Part shown: positions 25,797-32,000 of the stretch, piece by piece | How positions within the stretch are numbered: position 1 is the stretch's first letter | Layout: the number at the start of each line of letters is the position of its first letter | DNA from: an uncultured bacterium | GTDB lineage: Bacteria; Auribacterota; JACPWU01 | Reading direction: 5' to 3' | DNA: 32,000 bases | Assembly: GCA_964640155.1 (NCBI GenBank) | Contig: CAZXEQ010000001.1 | Location: 588,978-620,977 of the forward strand | Notes under the pieces: model-generated | The model's input: the letters and a program-made list of their open reading frames with translations, nothing else | What the model was told of the DNA's origin: nothing | The model's database searches: none | Program-made: the position numbers and the translations under genes

Positions 25797-26339
25797 TTAT
25801 TGAGCCTCTGCTGGAGCTGCTTCTTTTTTCTTCGAGGCATCTTGCTTGGCTTTTTCATTCATTTTCTTAATCACTTCCGCAGTAATATCTAGGGCTTCAC
25901 TTTTATAAAGCAAAGCACGATCATTAAAAATGATGGTGTACTTACCATCTTTTCCCATCTGTTCAATCGTAACCTTAATATCATCAAAAATCTTCTTTAA
26001 GAGAAAATCTCTTTTGCTTCTTAACTCGCCCTTGGCTTTTTCATCAAACTCTCTTAAAGCCTTTAGTTTTCCTTCAATGACCGTTTCTTTTTCTTTTTTT
26101 GCTTCTTCGCTTAAAAGCTCAGCTTCTTCCTTGAGTTTCTTAATTTCATCAACATAACTGGCTCTTTCTGTGGTTTTAGCCTTTCCTTCTTCTTTCAACT
26201 TTGCATCATTTTGCTTAGTGGTATCATATTCATTGAAAACTTTTTCAACATCCACATAAGCCATTTTCATTTCTTCGGCTTTAAGCATTCCTGTACTTGC
26301 AAAAACCGCTAACACTAAAAACATAAATACTTTCTTCAT
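25797..26339 (-). CDS. skp: Periplasmic chaperone Skp (OmpH family)
   Basis: 180 aa. Signal peptide MKKVFMFLVLAVFASTGMLKA, K/E-rich coiled-coil body, and the canonical position between bamA and lpxD. Confidence 0.8.
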   Translation of the reverse strand: MKKVFMFLVLAVFASTGMLKAEEMKMAYVDVEKVFNEYDTTKQNDAKLKEEGKAKTTERASYVDEIKKLKEEAELLSEEAKKEKETVIEGKLKALREFDEKAKGELRSKRDFLLKKIFDDIKVTIEQMGKDGKYTIIFNDRALLYKSEALDITAEVIKKMNEKAKQDASKKKEAAPAEAQ

Positions 26340-26371
26340 ATGACTCTCCTTTATTTTTCAATTTATTTGTA

Positions 26372-28663
26372 TTAGAAAGAATACCCAATATTAAAATCAA
26401 ATCTTCCACTACTGCTCTGAAACTCATCTCGATCAATAGGCCAACCATAATCAAGGCGTATAGGACCAATCGGAAGTTCAAGCCGAATTCCAATACCTGC
26501 ACCCACTCTTAAATCTCCCAAATCAAACTCCCCATAATCCTCAAAAGCATTACCTGTGTCATAAAAAAAGGCTCCACGTACTTTTTCAATAATGGGGAAC
26601 GTTAACTCCGCTGTTCCCGCAATCATGGATTGACCACCAATCGGTTCTCCTGTGGCATCTTTAGGGCCCACATCTCTAAATTTAAAACCTCGAATAGTAT
26701 TAGCGCCCCCTAAAAAAAATCGTTCAAACAAAGGAACTCTATCTGAATCTCCAAAATTATCTACCAATCCTGCTTGTCCACTGAACATCAAAACAAGATC
26801 TAGAGGCAAGTGAAAGAAAATACCATGCTTGGTCACGTACTTTGTAAAATCTCGATCAAAACCCAGAGGTCCTCCTGCTAATTCTGCACTCACAGCATTT
26901 CTCATTCCTCTTCTTGGATTGATTAAACTGTCTCGAGTATCTCTTGCAATCCCTAATTCTAAGCTACTCACATCAAAAGTCCCTGCTTCTTGCTTAATCA
27001 AATCCGAAGCAGTGTCGGCAACATTTCGTATTTCGTCTCTTTCAAGTTTATAGGTCAAATCGGCTCGAACAAATTCCATCAACTTCTTACCTAAACGAAC
27101 ATCTCCTCCCGTTCTTCTTTCATCATACACATCACTCAAAAAACGACTGTCACGACGATACAAATCGATCCCAAAAGAAATAGGACGATCAAAAAGCCAA
27201 GGTTCTGTCCAACTGATGATATAATCCTGACGTTTTGTTCCCACTTGGGCACGCATGCGAAGCTTTTGCCCATCTCCTGTAAAAGTTGGGAAATTGAGCC
27301 AATCAAAATTCTTTTGAGTTAACTCTACAAATCCAATTAAATTATCAATGGAACTAAACCCCGCTCCAAAACCAATTTCACCTGTTTTTGTTTCTTCGAC
27401 ATTCACCAAAAGATTTTTCTTTTGAGAATCTTCGGTAGGTTCAATATCCATCAAAACATTTTTAAAATACCCTAAATTCATCAAACGTTCTTGACTGCGG
27501 CGAATTTTAACCCCGTTAAAAACTTCTCCAGGTTTCACGGCCAATTCACGACGAATAACAATGTCTTTGGTTTTAGTGTTGCCCTGAATTTTAATTTGCT
27601 CAAGATAGGAAATGGTACTTTCCATAATAGAATAGAGAATATCGATTTTTTGAGTCTTTTCATTAAAAACGGTTTCCGGTCGAATCACTGCGTCTACATA
27701 TCCACGAGCCAAGTAATAATCACGAATCGCATTCATATCCATTCTTAATCGATCCGGACTAAAAATCTGACCTGTTTTCATTTTCAAAGACTTCATAATA
27801 TCTTCGGTGGGAAAAGTTTGATTCCCCTCTAATACCGTCTGTCCAACATAATAAAGGGCTCCTTCTGTAACATAGATCGTGATAATCATCTTAGAGCCAT
27901 TTTTAGTATAGCTCGTTTTAATGTCATCGATTTTGGCATCAATGTACCCTTGAGATCGGTAATACTCAACCAAACGCTCTTGATCTTCTTCAAAAACATC
28001 AGATTTAAAAACACCTCCAAAGAAAATAAAAGGCTTTCTTGTCTTCATCACTTTTCGCAATTTCTTTGTGCGAATGGATTTATTGCCCACGAAATCAACT
28101 CTTCCAATCTTAACTCTAGCTCCCTCTTGAACATGAATTACAATAGCTGCATGGCCAATTTCTTTATCAATGCTCAGAGAATAATCTACCTTTGTATTGG
28201 GATAGCCTTTATCCCGATAAAATTCTTTGATCAACTGAACATCTTCTTTGAGCTGAGTTTCATTGAGACGATCTCCAATATTGCCTCTCAATTTTTTCTT
28301 CAATTTCTTATCTTTAAATTTTTTATTGCCTTCAAACACGATCTCTTTAATGATGGGCTTTTCGATCATGTAAAAAGTGATGTCCCAGCCTCCTAAACCT
28401 TCTTTCACATCAATTTGAATATCTGAAAAATATCCCATCGCATAAAGCCGCTTCAAATCATCATCTAAATCTGCTTGTAAAAAGTTCGACCCTTCTCGTG
28501 TTTTAATTCTGGAGCGAATCAAATCCGTATTTACAGAACGATTCCCTTTAATCTCAACCTTTTTCACCATTCTTTCTTTGTCTTCTTCAGAAAAAGAAGA
28601 AATAGGTGTTAAAGAAGAAATGAAGAAACTGAGCACGATTAGAATTCGGATTATTTTCGTCAT
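26372..28663 (-). CDS. bamA: Outer membrane protein assembly factor BamA
   Basis: The track start (28708) is a GTG inside dnaB. I prefer the ATG at 28663 (MTKIIRILIVLSFFISS...), with AGAGGGG upstream, 1 nt after the dnaB stop. POTRA repeats (V.KVEI.GN...) followed by a C-terminal beta-barrel ending FDFNIGYSF. Confidence 0.9.
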   Translation of the reverse strand: MTKIIRILIVLSFFISSLTPISSFSEEDKERMVKKVEIKGNRSVNTDLIRSRIKTREGSNFLQADLDDDLKRLYAMGYFSDIQIDVKEGLGGWDITFYMIEKPIIKEIVFEGNKKFKDKKLKKKLRGNIGDRLNETQLKEDVQLIKEFYRDKGYPNTKVDYSLSIDKEIGHAAIVIHVQEGARVKIGRVDFVGNKSIRTKKLRKVMKTRKPFIFFGGVFKSDVFEEDQERLVEYYRSQGYIDAKIDDIKTSYTKNGSKMIITIYVTEGALYYVGQTVLEGNQTFPTEDIMKSLKMKTGQIFSPDRLRMDMNAIRDYYLARGYVDAVIRPETVFNEKTQKIDILYSIMESTISYLEQIKIQGNTKTKDIVIRRELAVKPGEVFNGVKIRRSQERLMNLGYFKNVLMDIEPTEDSQKKNLLVNVEETKTGEIGFGAGFSSIDNLIGFVELTQKNFDWLNFPTFTGDGQKLRMRAQVGTKRQDYIISWTEPWLFDRPISFGIDLYRRDSRFLSDVYDERRTGGDVRLGKKLMEFVRADLTYKLERDEIRNVADTASDLIKQEAGTFDVSSLELGIARDTRDSLINPRRGMRNAVSAELAGGPLGFDRDFTKYVTKHGIFFHLPLDLVLMFSGQAGLVDNFGDSDRVPLFERFFLGGANTIRGFKFRDVGPKDATGEPIGGQSMIAGTAELTFPIIEKVRGAFFYDTGNAFEDYGEFDLGDLRVGAGIGIRLELPIGPIRLDYGWPIDRDEFQSSSGRFDFNIGYSF

Positions 28664-28664
28664 C

Positions 28665-30014
28665 TTACCCCTCTTTTGGACTATAATTTTCGAAACGGGT
28701 GTAATCACTTAAAAAAGTTAGTTTTACATCTCCTGTTGGGCCATTTCGCTGCTTTGCGATAATCACTTCGGCCTCACCCGGACAATCTTCTGGGTTATAA
28801 TACTCTTTACGTAATAAAAGCACCACCAAATCTGCATCCTGTTCAATGGCTCCCGATTCACGCAAATCAGATAAACGCGGACGATTATCAGGACGATTTT
28901 CTGCTGCTCGATTTAACTGAGAGAGAACAATCACAGGAACATTGAGTTCCCTTGCCAAAGCTTTTAAAGAGCGACTAATTTCTGAAATCTCCTGCTGGCG
29001 ATTTTCAGATCTGCCCCCAAAAGTTTGCATCAATTGTAAATAATCAATAACCACCATACGAATATCAAAAGCAGCTTTAAAACGTCTTGCTTTTGCCCTA
29101 AGTTCGGTAACAGAAATACCCGGTGTATCATCAATATAGAGCGGAGCTTCTGAGAGAACACTTGCAGAATTTACAAGCTGCGGCCAATCTTTCTGAGAAA
29201 GGAACCCTCGTCTCACATGCTGCAAATTCACCCTAGCATGCGAACACAAGAGTCGCTGCACCAACTGGTCTCTGGACATTTCCAGACTGAAAACAGCTAC
29301 AGGTACTTTTTCTTTTACAACCACATTTTCCGCAATATTCAAAGCTAAGGCTGTTTTCCCCATCGAAGGACGAGCTGCGATCACAATCATATCGGAAGCT
29401 TGAAGTCCTGATGTTTTCTCGTCAAAATCAGTGTACCCTGATGCAAGCCCCGTCAAAGCACCTTTGCGATGATAGGCACTCTCAATGGACTCCATACTTT
29501 GACGAACCAAATCTTTAAAAGAATAACTGCCATTGACGCGAGAGCGATTCTGAACAATATCAAAAATTTTCTGCTCAGCACCATCCAAAAGCTTATCGAC
29601 TTCCTCGGATGAGTGATAGCAATTTGAAATAATTTCTGTTGAAGCATGAATCATGCTGCGTAGAATGGCTTTTTCCTTCACAATGCGAATATATTCTTGA
29701 ACATGAGCCGAAGTAGGAATGGCCTGAGCAATAGAAGCTAAAGCACTGGCTCCTCCAATAGAATCTATTTGATTTGCTTTGGTCAAATGTTCTGTGAGGG
29801 TAATTAAATCAAGTGGGCGATTTTGGTCATATAGAGCAATAAGCCCCTGAAAAATTCTGCGATGAGATTCCAGATAGAAGTTTTCTGGTCTTAAACCTTC
29901 AACAATATCCGGAACGGCATCTCGATCTAACAACATCGAGCCCAACACGCCAATCTCAGCATCAATATTTTGAGGAGGTAATCTCTCGATGGAGGTGTCG
30001 GTGAGTACTTTCAT
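28665..30014 (-). CDS. dnaB: Replicative DNA helicase
   Basis: 449 aa. PPQNIDAE..VLGSMLLD N-domain, Walker A ARPSMGKTA, FSLEMS, VIDYLQLM, and QLNR plus an arginine-finger region. Confidence 0.95.
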   Translation of the reverse strand: MKVLTDTSIERLPPQNIDAEIGVLGSMLLDRDAVPDIVEGLRPENFYLESHRRIFQGLIALYDQNRPLDLITLTEHLTKANQIDSIGGASALASIAQAIPTSAHVQEYIRIVKEKAILRSMIHASTEIISNCYHSSEEVDKLLDGAEQKIFDIVQNRSRVNGSYSFKDLVRQSMESIESAYHRKGALTGLASGYTDFDEKTSGLQASDMIVIAARPSMGKTALALNIAENVVVKEKVPVAVFSLEMSRDQLVQRLLCSHARVNLQHVRRGFLSQKDWPQLVNSASVLSEAPLYIDDTPGISVTELRAKARRFKAAFDIRMVVIDYLQLMQTFGGRSENRQQEISEISRSLKALARELNVPVIVLSQLNRAAENRPDNRPRLSDLRESGAIEQDADLVVLLLRKEYYNPEDCPGEAEVIIAKQRNGPTGDVKLTFLSDYTRFENYSPKEG

Positions 30015-30031
30015 CCGAAACGGGGAACCTT

Positions 30032-30481
30032 TTAGTTTTGCTTAATAACAGAAACTCTTAATGCCGCTTCAACTTCTGGATGCAACTTAACTGCTACAGA
30101 AAATTCTCCCAAAGTTTTAATCGGCTCACTCAGAACAATTTTCCTGCGATCAATTGAAACTCCCGCTTTTTGAAGTGCTTCTGCAATCTGAGTATTCGTC
30201 ACAGCACCGAAAAGTTGGTCTTGCTGTCCTACTTTCATCGAAATTTGGCACTGCAAAGCTTGTAAACGATCTCGTAAGGCTTGAGCTTCCTCCGTCACCT
30301 TTTGTTTTTCTTTTTCTCTGGATTTCGCAATACCTTTGGCCATATCTACGGCACCCTTGGTTGCAACCATGGCAAGCTTTCGAGGGAAAAGAAAATTACG
30401 TGCATAGCCTTCAGAAACCTTTACCAGTTCTCCTGCTTGGCCCAAACTCTTCATACTTTCTAACAATAGAACTTCTATCAT
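30032..30481 (-). CDS. rplI: 50S ribosomal protein L9
   Basis: 149 aa. MIEVLLLE....LGQAGELVKVSEGYARNFLFPRKLA. Confidence 0.95.
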   Translation of the reverse strand: MIEVLLLESMKSLGQAGELVKVSEGYARNFLFPRKLAMVATKGAVDMAKGIAKSREKEKQKVTEEAQALRDRLQALQCQISMKVGQQDQLFGAVTNTQIAEALQKAGVSIDRRKIVLSEPIKTLGEFSVAVKLHPEVEAALRVSVIKQN

Positions 30482-30499
30482 AAAATAATCCTTAAAATT

Positions 30500-30799
30500 T
30501 TATTGATCTATTACAGAAGGGATCAATGCAATGTATCTGGCTCTCTTAACAGCCTCAGCGACTTGACGTTGATGATGGGCACAATTGCCAGTAATTCTTC
30601 GAGGGATAATTTTACCTCGCTCCGTCAAATTTTTTCGAAGTCGAATTGAATCTTTATAATCAATTTTTTCAACATGGTCGACACAAAACCGACATCGCTT
30701 CTTGCGAATGATTTTTTCTTCACCACCGCGCTCACGATCAAATTTTCGATCGGGTCTTTCAGGTCTCTCAGGTCTTTCAGAACGTTCAAAATAAACCAT
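30500..30799 (-). CDS. rpsR: 30S ribosomal protein S18 with an N-terminal extension of about 25 aa
   Basis: 99 aa. S18 core CRFC...IDYKD...L..... GKI.PRRITG.CA.HQR.V..A.KRAR.IAL.P. N-terminal [12 protein letters not shown] repeat. Confidence 0.9.
   Translation of the reverse strand: MVYFERSERPERPERPDRKFDRERGGEEKIIRKKRCRFCVDHVEKIDYKDSIRLRKNLTERGKIIPRRITGNCAHHQRQVAEAVKRARYIALIPSVIDQ
30753..30779 (-). repeat. Three tandem copies of a 9-nt repeat inside the rpsR 5' coding region (encodes ERP-ERP-ERP)
   Basis: Plus strand: ggtctttca ggtctctca ggtctttca at 30753-30779. Confidence 0.85.
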
Positions 30800-30835
30800 A
30801 AATCAATCCTTCCTTAAGTAATAAAATTTCAAAAA

Positions 30836-31270
30836 TTAAAACGGAATATCGTCTTCCGCCTGTTCTTCAACAGCTTCTGCCACGACTTCTTCTTTTCCAG
30901 ATTCAGCTGCTTGACCTGTACCGGCCGCACCTTTAGCAGGGGCTTTACCCAAAAACTGAATTCGATTGGCTTGAACCTTTAAACGGCTTCGCTTCTCTCC
31001 TTCTTTCGTCTCCCATGCATCCAACTGCAATCTTCCTTCAACCAAAATGGGCGAACCTTTTGTCAAATACTGAGCTGCCGTTTCTGCCTGACGACCCCAA
31101 ACGACAATATCGACAAAACAAACTTCTTCTTTTTTTTCTCCGGTCTTACTCAAATACACGCGACTGGTCGCAAGGCCAATATCTGCGACAGATTGACCGC
31201 CCGCAGTATACCTTACTTCAGGATCTCTTGTTAAACGTCCCACCAAAAAAACGCGATTTAAATCAGCCAT
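30836..31270 (-). CDS. ssb: Single-stranded DNA-binding protein
   Basis: 144 aa. OB-fold N-terminus MADLNRVFLVGRLTRDPE.RYT..G, and an acidic tail ending DDIPF. Confidence 0.95.
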   Translation of the reverse strand: MADLNRVFLVGRLTRDPEVRYTAGGQSVADIGLATSRVYLSKTGEKKEEVCFVDIVVWGRQAETAAQYLTKGSPILVEGRLQLDAWETKEGEKRSRLKVQANRIQFLGKAPAKGAAGTGQAAESGKEEVVAEAVEEQAEDDIPF

Positions 31271-31312
31271 AAACCCCCCTACATAAAATGGAAGTTAGGA
31301 GAAAACTTTATT

Positions 31313-31594
31313 TTAGTTTTCGAGCAACAAAAACCTCAACACCTGAGGAGTTGTTCTAAATTTCTTTTCTAGTTTAGTAATTGCCTCTGAAGGAGCTTGG
31401 AAATTAAGTAAAGTATAAATGCCTTCGCGATGTCCTTTGATCTGATAAGATAATACGCGTTTACCTTGAATTTCTCGAGAAACAATTGTTCCCCCGCCTG
31501 TGACCAGATCCGTCTCAAAACTTTTAACCAAAATCTCAGTATCAGCATCCGGTGCTGTTGCTTCTAAAATGACCATTGCTTCATAATTCTTCAA
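31313..31594 (-). CDS. rpsF: 30S ribosomal protein S6
   Basis: 93 aa. The TTG start at 31594 is supported by AGGAGG 9 nt upstream and by alignment of MKNYEAMVIL with the usual S6 N-terminus (M(R/K).YE....). Confidence 0.9.
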   Translation of the reverse strand: MKNYEAMVILEATAPDADTEILVKSFETDLVTGGGTIVSREIQGKRVLSYQIKGHREGIYTLLNFQAPSEAITKLEKKFRTTPQVLRFLLLEN

Positions 31595-31629
31595 ATTTAA
31601 AACCCTCCTATCAAACTTTTAAGGCCACT

Positions 31630-31658
31630 AAAATACACATCTTTAGGCCTCAAATCAA
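31630..31658 (-). promoter_or_regulatory. Putative promoter for the rpsF operon (TTGATT-17-TATTTT)
   Basis: On the minus strand, TTGATT is at 31658-31653 and TATTTT at 31635-31630, about 35 nt upstream of the rpsF TTG. It overlaps an AGGCC...GGCCT hairpin (31622-31650). Confidence 0.25.
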
Positions 31659-31925
31659 CCTTAAAGATTAAAAAGGCATAAAAAGCCTATGTCTTGATTT
31701 TTAGTTTAAATCAAGTTGCAACCTAATAATCGGCAAAGTATACCTGAACTCATTCTGAGTGACAATGATAAAGATTCTCCCCTTTTTTATCACATTAATT
31801 ATCCCTTTCTTGACAGTCCTTGCTTGCTCTGATAGCTTTTCTCCTGATATTTATATTGTATAAAGGTTAAATAAATAGAATAACTGTTCTATTTCATAAC
31901 TTATTCAAATTTGAAAGATTCACTC

Positions 31926-31999
31926 TCCCCGGTAGCTCAGTTGGTAGAAGCGACTGGCTGTTAACCAGTATGTCGCAGGTTCGAGTCCTGCCCGGGGAG
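31926..31999 (+). tRNA. tRNA-Asn (anticodon GUU)
   Basis: TCCCCGGTAGCTCAGTTGGTAGAAGCGACTGGCTGTTAACCAGTATGTCGCAGGTTCGAGTCCTGCCCGGGGAG. It has a 7-bp acceptor stem, anticodon loop CTGTTAA and T-loop GGTTCGAGTCC. The 3' flank is cut by the window end. Confidence 0.9.
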
Positions 32000-32000
32000 C

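Noticed and set aside
28664-28708. GTG- or TTG-extended starts given in the track for bamA (28708), lpxI (22286), the A-type carrier (11835), the hypothetical protein (9389) and the DUF374 gene (17732)
   Set aside because: Each extension overlaps the upstream gene or lacks a ribosome-binding site. A downstream ATG with a good Shine-Dalgarno sequence, or a family-typical N-terminus, exists in each case. The start remains uncertain for DUF374.
31622-31650. AGGCC(ac)TAAA...TTTAGGCCT hairpin upstream of rpsF as the known S6:S18 autoregulatory leader
   Set aside because: It overlaps my best promoter guess, so it may not be transcribed intact. I also cannot reproduce the published motif consensus from memory well enough to claim a match. 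A cmsearch with the Rfam rpsF-leader model would settle it.

Overview
This is an AT-rich chromosomal segment (about 38-40 % GC by eye) from a diderm bacterium, and nearly all of it is conserved core genes. I found no defence island, CRISPR array, prophage or intact mobile element.

**Left edge, 1-4275, minus strand.** This is the most distinctive gene content. It holds a respiratory module that the supplied ORF track only half shows. One gene encodes a Sec-exported fusion of two c-type cytochrome domains with an NxrC/EbdC-like heme-b domain. Nine nt downstream begins a Tat-exported NxrA/NarG-like molybdoenzyme alpha subunit. I verified by hand that its frame is open for 862 codons until it runs off the window.

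**4276-4848.** An AT-rich 570-bp gap carrying a TGAT-N4-ATCA palindrome and a frameshifted RelE/ParE-like remnant.

**4849-8234, plus strand.** hldD, a deoxyhypusine-synthase-like gene and a lone pilT.

**8274-31594.** All 27 CDSs and both tRNAs in this stretch are on the minus strand, in this transcription order:
- rpsF-ssb-rpsR-rplI-dnaB, running with a 1-nt gap into bamA-skp-lpxD-lpxC-fabZ-lpxA-lpxI, a GnnA-like oxidoreductase, lpxB-msbA and a DUF374 acyltransferase
- rpsB-tsf-pyrH-frr
- tRNA-Lys, tRNA-Glu and arsC
- iscS and an A-type Fe-S carrier
- two tandem DUF21-CBS proteins and a secreted hypothetical protein

tRNA-Asn sits on the plus strand at the right edge.

**Unexplained signals.** The least explained sequences are GC-rich, highly structured intergenic elements of about 125-140 nt, each closed by a long AT-rich stem.
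- Two copies are about 80 % identical (6915-7040 and 11911-12035). They share one absolute orientation, so they are opposite relative to the local genes.
- A third, sequence-unrelated element with the same architecture (22354-22493) interrupts the otherwise tightly packed lpx operon.
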